From Eledone cirrhosa (taxonomy: Eukaryota): DNA of 64,000 bases. The notes under the pieces are model-generated. The model searched no databases and was not told the origin of the DNA. It saw nothing but the letters and a program-made list of their open reading frames with translations. A program made the position numbers and the translations under genes. Positions 50,856 through 64,000 of the stretch are shown piece after piece; within the stretch, counting starts at the first letter, position 1, and every line of letters starts with the position of its first letter. The stretch is taken from contig OZ024742.1 of NCBI GenBank assembly GCA_964016885.1, positions 23,808,001-23,872,000 on the forward strand. The letters run 5' to 3'.

Positions 50856-53800
50856 GGAGTGCAAGGAGAGAAAGATATGAAGGAGTGCAAGGAGAGAAAG
50901 ATAGGAAGGAGTGCAAGGAGAGGAAGATATGAAGGAGTGCAAGGAGAGAAAGATATGAAGGAGTGCAAGGAGAGAAAGATAGGAAGGAGTGCAAGGGGAG
51001 AAAGATAGGAAAGAGTGCAAGGAGAGAAAGATAGGAAGGAGTGCAAGGAGAGAAAGATAGGAAGGAGTGCAAGGAGAGAAAGATAGGAAGGAGTGCAAGG
51101 AGAGAAAGATATGAAGGAGTGCAAGGAGAGAAAGATACGAAGGAGTGCAAGGAGAGAAAGATAGGCAGGAGTGCAAGGAGAGAAAGATAGGAAGGAGTGC
51201 AAGGAGAGAAAGATAGGAAGGAGTGCAAGGAGAGAAAGATACGAAGGAGGGCAAGGAAAGAAATATAGGAAGGAGGGCAAGGAGAGAAAGATAGGAAGGA
51301 GTGCAAGGAGAGAAAGATAGGAAGGAGTGCAAGGAGGGAAGATAGGAAGGAGTGCAAGGAGAGAAACATAGGAAGGAGTGAAAGGAGAGAAAGATAGGAA
51401 GGAGTGCAAGGAGAGAAAGATATGAAGGAGTGCAAGGAGAGAAAGATAGGAAGGAGTGCAAGGAGAGAAAGATAGGAAGGAGTGCAAGGAGAGAAGATAT
51501 GAAGGAGTGCACGGAGAGAAAGATATGAAGGAGTGCAAGGAGAGAAAGATAGGAAGGAGTGCAAGGAGAGAAAGATAGGAAGGAGTGCAAGGGGAGAAAG
51601 ATAGGAAAGAGTGCAAGGAGAGAAAGATAGGAAGGAGTGCAAGGAGAGAAAGATAGGAAGGAGTGCAAGGAGAGAAAGATAGGGAGGAATGCAAGGAGAG
51701 AAAGATACGAAGGAGTGCAAGGAGAGAAAGATAGGAAGGAGTGCAAGGAGAGAAAGATAGGAAGGAGTGCAAGGAGTGAAAGATACGAAGGAGTGCAAGG
51801 AGAGAAAGATAGGCAGGAGTGCAAGGAGAGCAAGATAGGAAGGAGTGCAAGGAGAGAAAGATACGAAGGAGTGCAAGGAGAGAAAGATAGGAAGGAGTGC
51901 AAGGAGAGAAAGATAGGAAGGAGTGCAAGGAGAGAAACATAGGAAGGAGTGAAAGGAGAGAAAGATAGGAAGGAGTGCAAGGAGAGAAAGATACGAAGGA
52001 GTGCAAGGAGAGAAAGATAGGAAGGAGTGCAAGGAGTTAAGGATATGAAGGAGTGCAAGGAGAGAAAGATAGGAAGGAGTGCAAGGAGAGAAAGATAGGA
52101 AGGATTGCAAGGAGAGAAAGATGGGAAAAAGTGCAAGGAGAGAAAGATATGAAAGAGTGCAAGGAGAGAAAGATATGAAGGAGTGCAAGGAGAGAAAGAT
52201 AGGAAGGAGTGCAAGGAGAGAAAGATAGGAAGGAGTGCAAGGAGGGAAAGATAGGAAGGAGTGCAAGGAGAGAAAGATAGGAAGGAGTGCAAGGAGAGAA
52301 AGATAGGAAGGAGTGCAAGGAGAGAAAGATAGGTAGGAGTGCAAGGAGAGAAAGATAGGAAGGAGTGCAAGGAGAGAAAGATACGAAGGAGTGCAAGGAG
52401 AGAAAGATAGGAAGGAGTGCAAGGAGAGAAAGATATGAAGGAGTGCAAGGAGAGAAATAAAGGAAGGAGTTCAAGGAGAGAAAGATATGAAAGAGCGCAA
52501 GGAGAGAAATATATGAAGGAGTGCAAGGAGAGAAAGATAGGCAGGAGTGCAAGGAGAGAAAGATAGGAAGGAGTGCAAGGAGAGAAAGATAGGAAGGAGT
52601 GCAAGGAGAGAAAGATAGGAGGGAGTGCAAGGAGAGAAAGATACGAAGGAGTGCAAGGAGAGAAAGATAGGAAGGAGTGCAAGGAGAGAAAGATAGGAAG
52701 GAGTGCAAGGAGAGAAAGATACGAAGGAGGGCAAGGAGATAAATATAGGAAGGAGGGCAAGGAGAGAAAGATAGGAAGGAGTGCAAGGAGAGAAAGATAG
52801 GAAGGAGTGCAAGGAGAGCAAGATAGGACGGAGTGCAAGGAGTGAAAGATACGAAGGAGTGAAAGGAGAGAAGGATAGGCAGGAGAGCAAGGACAGAAAG
52901 ATAGGAAGGAGTGCAAGGAGAGAAAGATACGAAGGAGTGAAAGGAGAGAAAGATAGCAAGGAGTGCAAGGAGAGAAAGATATAAAGGAGTGCAAGGAGAG
53001 AAAGATATGAAGGAGTGCAAGGAGAGAAAGATAGGAAGGAGTGAAAGGAGGGAACGATATAAAGGAGTGCAAGGAGAGAAAGATAGGAAGGAGTGCAAGG
53101 AGAGAAAGATAGGAAGGAGTGCAAGGAGAGAAAGATAGGGAGGAGTGCAAGGAGAGAAAGATACGAAGGAGTGCAAGGAGAGAAAGATAGGAAGGAGTGC
53201 AAGGAGAGTAAGATAGGAAGGAGTGCAAGGAGTGAAAGATACGAAGGAGAGAAAGGAGAGAAGGATAGGCAGCAGTGCAAGGAGAGAAAGAAGGAAGGAG
53301 TGCAAGGAGAGAAAGATACGAAGGAGTGCAAGGAGAGAAAGATATGAAGGAGTGCAAGGAGAGCAAGATAGGACGGAGTGCAAAGAGAGAAAGATATGAA
53401 GGAGTGCAAGGAGAGAAAGATAGGAAGGAGTGCAAGGAGAGAAAGATATGAAGGAGTGCAAGGAGAGAAAGTTACGAAGGAGTGCAAGGAGAGAAAGATA
53501 GGCAGGAGTGCAAGGAGAGAAAGATAGGAAGGAGTGCAAGGAGAGAAAGATAGGAAGGAGTGCAAGGAGAGAAAGATAGGAAGGAGTGCAAGGAGAGAAA
53601 GATACGAAGGAGTGCAAGGAGAGAAAGATAGGAAGGAGTGCAAGGAGAGAAAGATAGGAAGGAGTGCAAGGAGAGAAATATAGGAAGGAGGGCAAGGAGA
53701 GGAACATAGGAAGGAGTGAAAGGAGAGAAAGATAGGAAGGAGTGCAAGGAGAGAAAGATATAAAGGAGTGCAAGGAGAGAAAGATATGAAGGAGTGCAAG

Positions 53801-56800
53801 GAGAGAAAGATAGGAAGGAGTGCAAGGAGAGCAAGATAGGACGGAGTGCAAGGAGTGAAAGATACGAAGGAGTGAAAGGAGAGAAGGATAGGCAGGAGTG
53901 CAAGGAGAGAAAGATAGGAAGGAGTGCAAGGAGAGAAAGATACGAAGGAGTGCAAGGAGAGAAAGATAGGAAGGAGTGCAAGGAGAGAAAGATAGGAAGG
54001 AGTGCAAGGAGAGAAATATAGGAAGGAGGGCAAGGAGAGGAACATAGGAAGGAGTGAAAGGAGAGAAAGATAGGAAGGAGTGCAAGGAGAGAAAGATATA
54101 AAGGAGTGCAAGGAGAGAAAGATATGAAGGTGTGCAAGGAGAGAAAGATAGGAAGGAGTGCAAGGAGGGAACGATATATAGGAGTGCAAGGAGAGAAAGA
54201 TAGGAAGGAGTGCAAGGAGAGAAAGATAGGAAGGAGTGCAAGGAGAGAAAGATAGGGAGGAGTGCAAGGAGAGAAAGATACGAAGGAGTGCAAGGGGAGA
54301 AAGATAGGAAGGAGTGCAAGGAGAGTAAGATAGGAAGGAGTGCAAGGAGTGAAAGATACGAAGGAGTGAAAGGAGAGAAGGATAGGCAGGAGTGCAAGGA
54401 GAGAAAGAAGGAAGGAGTGCAAGGAGAGAAAGATACGAAGGAGTGCAAGGAGAGAAAGATATGAAGGAGTGCAAGGAGAGCAAGATAGGACGGAGTGCAA
54501 GGAGAGAAAGATATGAAGGAGTGCAAGGAGAGAAAGATAGGAAGGAGTGCAAGGAGAGGTAGATATGAAGGAGTGCAAGGAGAGAAAGATACGAAGGAGT
54601 GCAAGGAGGAAAGATAGGCAGGAGTGCAAGGAGAGAAAGATAGGAAGGAGTGCAAGGAGAGAAAGATAGGAAGGAGTGCAAGGAGAGAAAGATAGGAAGG
54701 AGTGCAAGGAGAGAAAGATACGAAGGAGTGCAAGGAGTGAAAGATAGGAAGGAGTGCAAGGAGAGAAAGATAGGAAGGAGTGCAAGGAGAGAAATATAGG
54801 AAGGAGAGCAAGGAGAGGAACATAGGAAGGAGTGAAAGGAGAGAAAGATATAAAGGAGTGTAAGGAGAGAAAGATATGAAGGAGTGCAAGGAGAGAAAGA
54901 TAGGAAGGAGTGCAAGGAGAGAAAGATACGAAGGAGTGCAAGGAGAGAAAGATAGAAAGGAGTGCAAGGAGAGAAGGATATGAAGGAATGCAAGGAGAGA
55001 AAGATAGGAAGGAGTGCAAGGAGAGAAAGATAGGAAGGATTGCAAGGAGAGAAAGATAGGAAGGAGTGCAAGGAGAGAAAGATACGAAAGAGTGCAAGGA
55101 GAGAAAGATATGAAGGAGTGCAAGGAGAGCAAGATAGGACGGAGTGCAAGGAGAGAAAGATATGAAGGAGTGCAAGGAGAGAAAGATAGGAAGGAGTGCA
55201 AGGAGAGAAAGATAGGAAGGAGTGCAAGGAGAGAAAGATACGAAGGAGTGCAAGGAGAGAAAGATATAAAGGAGTGCAAGGAGAGAAAGATAGGAAGAAG
55301 TGCAAGGAGAGAAAGATAGGAAGGAGTGCAAGGAGAGAAAGATAGGAAGGAGTGCAAGGAGAGAAAGATACGAAGGAGTGCAAGGAGAGAAAGATAGGAA
55401 GGAGTGCAAGGAGAGAAATGTAGGAAGGAGAGCAAGGAGAGAAACATAGGAAGGAGTGAAAGGAGAGAAAGATAGGAAGGAGTGCAAGGAGAGAAAGATA
55501 TAAAGGAGTGCAAGGAGAGAAAGATATGAAGGAGTGCAAGGAGAGAAAGATAGGAAGGAGTGCAAGGAGAGAAAGATAGGAAGTAATGCAAGGAGAGAAA
55601 GATACGAAGGAGTGCAAGGAGAGAAAGATAGGAATGAGTGCAAGGAGAGAAGGATATGAAGGAGTGCAAGGAGAGAAGGATATGAAGGAGTGCAAGGAGA
55701 GAAAGATAGGAAGGATTGCAATGAGAGAAAGATAGGAAGGAGTGCAAGGAGAGAAAGATATGAAAGAGTGCAAGGAGAGAAAGATATGAAGGAGTGCAAG
55801 GAGAGAAAGATATGAAGGAGTGCAAGGAGAGAAAGATAGGAAGGAGTGCAAGGAGAGAAAGATAGGAAGGAGTGCAAGGAGAGAAAGATAGGAAGGAGTG
55901 CAAGGTGAGAAATATAGGAAGGGGTGCAAGGAGAGAAAGATAGGTAGGAGTGCAAGGAGAGAAAGATAGGAAGGAGTGCAAGGAGAGAAAGATAGGAAGG
56001 AGTGCAAGGAGAGAAAGATACGAAGGAGTGCAAAGAGAGAAAGATAGGAAGGGGTGCAAGGAGAGAAAGATATGAAGGAGTGCAAGGAGATAAATAAAGG
56101 AAGGAGTTCAAGGAGAGAAAGATATGAAGGAGTGCAAGGAGAGAAAGATAGGAAGGAGTGCAAGGAGAGAAAGATAGGAAGGAGTGCAAGGATAGAAAGA
56201 TACGAAGGAGTGCAAGGAGAGAAATATTCGAAGGAGTGCAAGGAGAGAAAGATAGGAAGGAGTGCAAGGAGAGAAAGATATGAAGGGGTGCAAGGAGAGA
56301 AAGATAGGAAGGAGTGCAAGGAGAGAAAGATAGGAAAGAGTGAAAGGAGGGAACGATATAAAGGAGTGCAAGGAGAGAAAGATAGGAAGTAGTGCAAGGA
56401 GAGAAAGATAGGAAGGAGTGCAAGGAGAGAAAGATAGGAAGGAGTGCAAGGAGAGAAAGATATGAAGGAGTGCAAGGAGAGAAAGATATGAAGGAGTGCA
56501 AGGAGAGAAAGATAGGAAGGAGTGCAAGGAGAGAAAGATATGAAGGAGTGCAAGGAGAGAAGGATAGGAAGGAGTGCAAGGAGAGAAACATAGGAAGGAG
56601 TGCAAGGAGAGAAAGGTACGAAGGAGTGCAAGGAGTAAAATATAGGAAGGAGTGCAAGGAGAGAAAGATAGGAAGGAGTGCAAGGAGAGGAAGATAGGAA
56701 GGAAGGCAAGGAGAGAAAGATATGAAGGAGTGCAAGGAGAGAAATATAGGAAGGAGTTCAAGGAGAGAAAGATATGAAGGAACGCAACGAGAGAAAGATA

Positions 56801-59800
56801 TGAAGGAGTGCAAGGAGAGAAAGATATGAAGGACTGCAAGGAGAGAAAGATATGAAGGAGTGCAAGGAGAGAAATATAGGAAGGAGTGCAAGGAAAGAAA
56901 GATATGAAGGAGTGCAAGGAGAGAAAGATAGGAAGGAGTGCAAGGAGAGAAACATAGGAAGGAGTGAAAGGAGAGAAAGATATGAAGGAGTGCAAGGAGA
57001 GAAAGATACGAAGGAGTGCAAGGAGAGAAAGATAGGAAGGAGTGCAAGGAGAGAAGGATATGAAGGAGTGCAAGGAGAGAAAGATAGGAAGGAGTGCAAG
57101 GAGAGAAAGATAGGAAGGATTGCAAGGAGAGAAAGATAGGAAGGAGTGCAAGGAGAGAAAGATAGGAAGGAGTGCAAGGAGAGAAAGATAGGAAGGAGTG
57201 CAAGGAGAGAAAGATAGGAAGGAGTGCAAGGAGAGAAAGATATGAATGAGTGCAAGGAGAGAAAGATATGAAGGAGTGCAAGGAGAGAAAGATAGGAAGG
57301 AGTGCAAGGAGAGAAAGATAGGAAGGAGTACAAGGAGAGAAAGATAGGAAGGAGTACAAGGAGAGAAAGATATGAAGGAGTGCAAGGAGAGAAAGATAGG
57401 AATGAGTGCAAGGAGAGAAAGATATGAATGAGTGCAAGGAGAGAAAGATAGGAAGGAGTGCAAGGATAGAAAGATAGGAAGAGTGCAAGGTGAGAAAGAT
57501 AGGAAGGAGTGCAAGGATAGAAAGATAGGAAGGAGTGCAAGGAGAGAAAGATAGGAAGGAGTGCAAGGAGAGAAAGATATGAAGGAGTGCAAGGAGAGAA
57601 AGATAGGAAGGAGTACAAGGAGAGAAAGATAAGAAGGAGTGCAAGGAGAGAAAGATAGGTAGGAGTGCAAGGAGAGAAAGATAGGAAGGAGTGCAAGGAG
57701 AGAAAGATAGGAAGAGTGCAAGGAGAGAAAGATAGGAAGGAGTGCAAGGAGAGAAAGATAGGAAGGAGTGCAAGGAGAGAAAGATAGGAAGGAGTGCAAG
57801 GAGGGAAAGATATGAAGGAGTGCAAGGAGAGAAAGATAGGAAGGAGTACAAGGAGAGAAAGATATAAAGGAGTGCAAGGAGAGAAAGATATGAAGGAGTG
57901 CAAGGAGAGAAAGATAGGAAGGAGTGAAAGGAGGGAACGATATAAAGGAGTGCAAGGAGAGAAAGATAGGAAGGAGTGCAAGGAGAGAAAGATAGGAAGG
58001 AGTGCAAGGAGAGAAAGATAGGGAGGAATGCAAGGAGAGAAAGATACGAAGGAGTGCAAGGAGAGAAAGATAGGAAGGAGTGCAAGGAGAGTAAGATAGG
58101 AAGGAGTGCAAGGAGTGAAAGATACGAAGGAGTGAAAGGAGAGAAGGATAGGCAGCAGTGCAAGGAGAGAAAGAAGGAAGGAGTGCAAGGAGAGAAAGAT
58201 ACGAAGGAGTGCAAGGAGAGAAAGATATGAAGGAGTGCAAGGAGAGCAAGATAGGACGGAGTGCAAAGAGAGAAAGATATGAAGGAGTGCAAGGAGAGAA
58301 AGATAGGAAGGAGTGCAAGGAGAGGAAGATATGAAGGAGTGCAAGGAGAGAAAGTTACGAAGGAGTGCAAGGAGAGAAAGATAGGCAGGAGTGCAAGGAG
58401 AGAAAGATAGGAAGGAGTGCAAGAAGAGAAAGATAGGAAGGAGTGCAAGAAGAGAAAGATAGGAAGGAGTGCAAGGAGAGAAAGATAGGAAGGAGTGCAA
58501 GGAGAGAAATATAGGAAGGAGGGCAAGGAGAGGAACATAGGAAGGAGTGAAAGGAGAGAAAGATAGGAAGGAGTGCAAGGAGAGAAAGATATAAAGGAGT
58601 GCAAGGAGAGAAAGATATGCAGGAGTGCAAGGAGAGAAAGATAGGAAGGAGTGCAAGGAGAGCAAGATAGGACGGAGTGCAAGGAGTGAAAGATACGAAG
58701 GAGTGAAAGGAGAGAAGGATAGGCAGGAGTGCAAGGAGAGAAAGATAGGAAGGAGTGCAAGGAGAGAAAGATACGAAGGAGTGCAAGGAGAGAAAGATAG
58801 GAAGGAGTGCAAGGAGAGAAATATAGGAAGGAGTGCAAGGAGAGAAATATAGGAAGGAGGGCAAGGAGAGGAACATAGGAAGGAGTGAAAGGAGAGAAAG
58901 ATAGGAAGGAGTGCAAGGAGAGAAAGATATAAAGGAGTGCAAGGAGAGAAAGATATGAAGGTGTGCAAGGAGAGAAAGATAGGAAGGAGTGCAAGGAGGG
59001 AACGATATATAGGAGTGCAAGGAGAGAAAGATAGGAAGGAGTGCAAGGAGAGAATAATAGGAAGGAGTGCAAGGAGAGAAAGATAGGGAGGAGTGCAAGG
59101 AGAGAAAGATACGAAGGAGTGCAAGGAGAGAAAGATAGGAAGGAGTGCAAGGAGAGTAAGATAGGAAGGAGTGCAAGGAGTGAAAGATACGAAGGAGTGA
59201 AAGGAGAGAAGGATAGGCAGGAGTGCAAGGAGAGAAAGAAGGAAGGAGTGCAAGGAGAGAAAGATACGAAGGAGTGCAAGGAGAGAAAGATATGAAGGAG
59301 TGCAAGGAGAGCAAGATAGGACGGAGTGCAAGGAGAGAAAGATATGAAGGAGTGCAAGGAGAGAAAGATAGGAAGGAGTGCAAGGAGAGGAAGATATGAA
59401 GGAGTGCAAGGAGAGAAAGATACGAAGGAGTGCAAGGAGAGAAAGATAGGCAGGAGTGCAAGGAGAGAAAGATAGGAAGGAGTGCAAGGAGAGAAAGATA
59501 GGAAGGAGTGCAAGGAGAGAAAGATAGGAAGGAGTGCAAGGAGAGAAAGATACGAAGGAGTGCAAGGAGAGAAAGATAGGAAGGAGTGCAAGGAGAGAAA
59601 GATAGGAAGGAGTGCAAGGAGAGAAATATAGGAAGGAGAGCAAGGAGAGGAACATAGGAAGGAGTGAAAGGAGAGAAATATATAAAGGAGTGTAAGGAGA
59701 GAAAGATATGAAGGAGTGCAAGGAGAGAAAGATAGGAAGGAGTGCAAGGAGAGAAAGATACGAAGGAGTGCAAGGAGAGAAAGATAGAAAGGAGTGCAAG

Positions 59801-62800
59801 GAGAGAAGGATATGAAGGAGTGCAAGGAGAGAAAGATAGGAAGGAGTGCAAGGAGAGAAAGATAGGAAGGATTGCAAGGAGAGAAAGATAGGAAGGAGTG
59901 CAAGGAGAGAAAGATATGAGAGAGTGCAAGGAGAGAAAGATATGAAGGAGTGCAAGGAGAGCAAGATAGGACGGAGTGCAAGGAGAGAAAGATATGAAGG
60001 AGTGCAAGGAGAGAAAGATAGGAAGGAGTGCAAGGAGAGAAAGATAGGAAGGAGTGCAAGGAGAGAAAGATACGAAGGAGTGCAAGGAGAGAAAGATATA
60101 AAGGAGTGCAAGGAGAGAAAGATAGGAAGGAGTGCAAGGAGAGAAAGATAGGAAGGAGTGCAAGGAGAGAAAGATACGAAGGAGTGCAAGGAGAGAAAGA
60201 TAGGAAGGAGTGCAAGGAGAGAAATATAGGAAGGAGAGCAAGGAGAGAAACATAGGAAGGAGTGAAAGGAGATAAAGATAGGAAGGAGTGCAAGGAGAGA
60301 AAGATATAAAGGAGTGCAAGGAGAGAAAGATATGAAGGAGTGCAAGGAGAGAAAGATAGGAAGGAGTGCAAGGAGAGAAAGATAGGAAGTAATGCAAGGA
60401 GAGAAAGATACGAAGGAGTGCAAGGAGAGAAAGATAGGAATGAGTGCAAGGAGAGAAGGATATGAAGGAGTGCAAGGAGAGAAGGATATGAAGGAGTGCA
60501 AGGAGAGAAAGATAGGAAGGATTGCAATGAGAGAAAGATAGGAAGGAGTGCAAGGAGAGAAAGATATGAAAGAGTGCAAGGAGAGAAAGATATGAAGGAG
60601 TGCAAGGAGAGAAAGATATGAAGGAGTGCAAGGAGAGAAAGATAGGAAGGAGTGCAAGGAGAGAAAGATAGGAAGGAGTGCAAGGAGAGAAAGATAGGAA
60701 GGAGTGCAAGGTGAGAAAGATAGGAAGGAGTGCAAGGAGAGAAAGATAGGTAGGAGTGCAAGGAGAGAAAGATAGGAAGAAGTGCAAGGAGAGAAAGATA
60801 GGAAGGAGTGCAAGGAGAGAAAGATACGAAGGAGTGCAAAGAGAGAAAGATAGGAAGGGGTGCAAGGAGAGAAAGATATGAAGGAGTGCAAGGAGATAAA
60901 TAAAGGAAGGAGTTCAAGGAGAGAAAGATATGAAGGAGTGCAAGGAGAGAAATATATGAAGGAGTGCAAGGAGAGAAAGATAGGAAGGAGTGCAAGGAGA
61001 GAAAGATAGGAAGGAGTGCAAGGATAGAAAGATACGAAGGAGTGCAAGGAGAGAAATATTCGAAGGAGTGCAAGGAGAGAAATATAGGAAGGAGTGCAAG
61101 GAGAGAAATATATGAAGGGGTGCAAGGAGAGAAAGATAGGAAGGAGTGCAAGGAGAGAAAGATAGGAAGGAGTGAAAGGAGGGAACGATATAAAGGAGTG
61201 CAAGGAGAGAAAGATAGGAAGTAGTGCAAGGAGAGAAAGATAGGAAGGAGTGCAAGGAGAGAAAGATAGGAAGGAGTGCAAGGAGAGAAAGATATGAAGG
61301 AGTGCAAGGAGAGAAAGATATGAAGGAGTGCAAGGAGAGAAAGATAGGAAGGAGTGCAAGGAGAGAAAGATATGAAGGAGTGCAAGGAGAGAAGGATAGG
61401 AAGGAGTGCAAGGAGAGAAACATAGGAAGGAGTGCAAGGAGAGAAAGGTACGAAGGAGTGCAAGGAGTAAAATATAGGAAGGAGTGCAAGGAGAGAAAGA
61501 TAGGAAGGAGTGCAAGGAGAGGAAGATAGGAAGGAAGGCAAGGAGAGAAAGATATGAAGGAGTGCAAGGAGAGAAATATAGGAAGGAGTTCAAGGAGAGA
61601 AAGATATGAAGGAACGCAACGAGAGAAAGATATGAAGGAGTGCAAGGAGAGAAAGATATGAAGGACTGCAAGGAGAGAAAGATATGAAGGAGTGCAAGGA
61701 GAGAAATATAGGAAGGAGTGCAAGGAAAGAAAGATATGAAGGAGTGCAAGGAGAGAAAGATAGGAAGGAGTGCAAGGAGAGAAACATAGGAAGGAGTGAA
61801 AGGAGAGAAAGATATGAAGGAGTGCAAGGAGAGAAAGATACGAAGGAGTGCAAGGAGAGAAAGATAGGAAGGAGTGCAAGGAGAGAAGGATATGAAGGAG
61901 TGCAAGGAGAGAAAGATAGGATGGAGTGCAAGGAGAGAAAGATAGGAAGGATTGCAAGGAGAGAAAGATAGGAAGGAGTGCAAGGAGAGAAAGATAGGAA
62001 GGAGTGCAAGGAGAGAAAGATAGGAAGGAGTGCAAGGAGAGAAAGATAGGAAGGAGTGTAAGGAGAGAAAGATATGAATGAGTGCAAGGAGAGAAAGATA
62101 TGAAGGAGTGCAAGGAGAGAAAGATAGGAAGGAGTGCAATGAGAGAAAGATAGGAAGGAGTACAAGTAGAGAAAGATAGGAAGGAGTGCAAGGAGAGAAA
62201 GATACGAAGGAGTGCAAGGAGAGAAAGATAGGAAGGAGTGCAAGGAGAGAAAGATAGGAAGGAGTGCAAGGAGAGAAATATAGGAAGGAGGGCAAGGAGA
62301 GGAACATAGGAAGGAGTGAAAGGAGAGAAAGATAGGAAGGAGTGCAAGGAGAGAAAGATATAAAGGAGTGCAAGGAGAGAAAGATATGAAGGTGTGCAAG
62401 GAGAGAAAGATAGGAAGGAGTGCAAGGAGGGAACGATATATAGGAGTGCAAGGAGAGAAAGATAGGAAGGAGTGCAAGGAGAGAAAGATAGGAAGGAGTG
62501 CAAGGAGAGAAAGATAGGGAGGAGTGCAAGGAGAGAAAGATACGAAGGAGTGCAAGGAGAGAAAGATAGGAAGGAGTGCAAGGAGAGTAAGATAGGAAGG
62601 AGTGCAAGGAGTGAAAGATACGAAGGAGTGAAAGGAGAGAAGGATAGGCAGGAGTGCAAGGAGAGAAAGAAGGAAGGAGTGCAAGGAGAGAAAGATACGA
62701 AGGAGTGCAAGGAGAGAAAGATATGAAGGAGTGCAAGGAGAGCAAGATAGGACGGAGTGCAAGGAGAGAAAGATATGAAGGAGTGCAAGGAGAGAAAGAT

Positions 62801-64000
62801 AGGAAGGAGTGCAAGGAGAGGAAGATATGAAGGAGTGCAAGGAGAGAAAGATACGAAGGAGTGCAAGGAGAGAAAGATAGGCAGGAGTGCAAGGAGAGCA
62901 AGATAGGAAGGAGTGCAAGGAGAGAAAGATAGGAAGGAGTGCAAGGAGAGAAAGATAGGAAGGAGTGCAATGAGAGAAAGATACGAAGGAGTGCAAGGAG
63001 AGAAAGATAGGAAGGAGTGCAAGGAGAGAAAGATAGGAAGGAGTGCAAGGAGAGAAATATAGGAAGGAGTGAAAGGAGAGAAAGATATAAAGGAGTGTAA
63101 GGAGAGAAAGATATGAAGGAGTGCAAGGAGAGAAAGATAGGAAGGAGTGCAAGGAGAGAAAGATACGAAGGAGTGCAAGGAGAGAAAGATAGAAAGGAGT
63201 GCAAGGAGAGAAGGATATGAAGGAGTGCAAGGAGAGAAAGATAGGAAGGAGTGCAAGGAGAGAAAGATAGGAAGGATTGCAAGGAGAGAAAGATAGGAAG
63301 GAGTGCAAGGAGAGAAAGATATGAAAGAGTGCAAGGAGAGAAAGATATGAAGGAGTGCAAGGAGAGCAAGATAGGACGGAGTGCAAGGAGAGAAAGATAT
63401 GAAGGAGTGCAAGGAGAGAAAGATAGGAAGGAGTGCAAGGAGAGAAAGATACGAAGGAGTGCAAGGAGAGAAAGATATAAAGGAGTGCAAGGAGAGAAAG
63501 ATAGGAAGGAGTGCAAGGAGAGAAATATAGGAAGGAGAGCAAGGAGAGGAACATAGGCAGGAGTGAAAGGAGAGAAAGATAGGAAGGAGTGCAAGGAGAG
63601 AAAGATATAAAGGAGTGCAAGGAGAGAAAGATAGGAAGGAGTGCAAGGAGAGAAAGATAGGAAGTAATGCAAGGAGAGAAAGATACGAAGGAGTGCAAGG
63701 AGAGAAAGATAGGAATGAGTGCAAGGAGAGAAGGATATGAAGGAGTGCAAGGAGAGAAGGATATGAAGGAGTGCAAGGAGAGAAAGATAGGAAGGATTGC
63801 AATGAGAGAAAGATAGGAAGGAGTGCAAGGAGAGAAAGATATGAAAGAGTGCAAGGAGAGAAAGATATGAAGGAGTGCAAGGAGAGAAAGATATGAAGGA
63901 GTGCAAGGAGAGAAAGATAGGAAGGAGTGCAAGGAGAGAAAGATAGGAAGGAGTGCAAGGAGAGAAAGATAGGAAGGAGTGCAAGGTGAGAAAGATAGGA
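50856..64000. repeat. 26-bp satellite GGAGTGCAAGGAGAGAAAGATAGGAA, ~500 copies, running off the window
   Basis: Read directly. Variants TATG/TACG/TAGG; shared rare variants recur at ~4.83-kb spacing. Confidence 0.98.

Noticed and set aside
50753-63984. Giant minus-strand ORFs (up to 2689 aa) and short plus-strand K/E/R-rich ORFs
   Set aside because: They are translations of the 26-bp satellite, open in all three frames with the same peptide; not gene-like.
50856-64000. CRISPR-like array
   Set aside because: Contiguous tandem units with no unique spacers, no cas genes and a eukaryotic context.

Overview
Eukaryotic, AT- and microsatellite-rich, apparently non-genic DNA. The SINE and LINE types suggest an octopus/cephalopod genome (inference). 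I cannot support any host protein-coding gene. Bases 1-50.8 kb are a transposon patchwork: two Tx1/L1-clade LINE copies, an intact 1130-aa R4/Dong-clade RLE retrotransposon bounded by (TAA)n plus a truncated copy, a second decayed R4/Dong family bounded by (ACAT)n, a DD37D maT transposon, RTE/CR1/hAT remnants, many tRNA-derived SINEs and several Penelope-like (GIY-YIG) remnants. Bases 50.86-64 kb are a 26-bp purine-rich satellite with ~4.83-kb higher-order structure; its giant ORFs are repeat artefacts. The most striking unannotated signal is about a dozen minimal type I hammerhead ribozyme motifs, found by eye. Several sit in long fold-back palindromes next to (TA)n that carry a hammerhead on both strands, and one palindrome is centred exactly on a putative hammerhead stem II. 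All folds and assignments are by inspection only; no searches were run.
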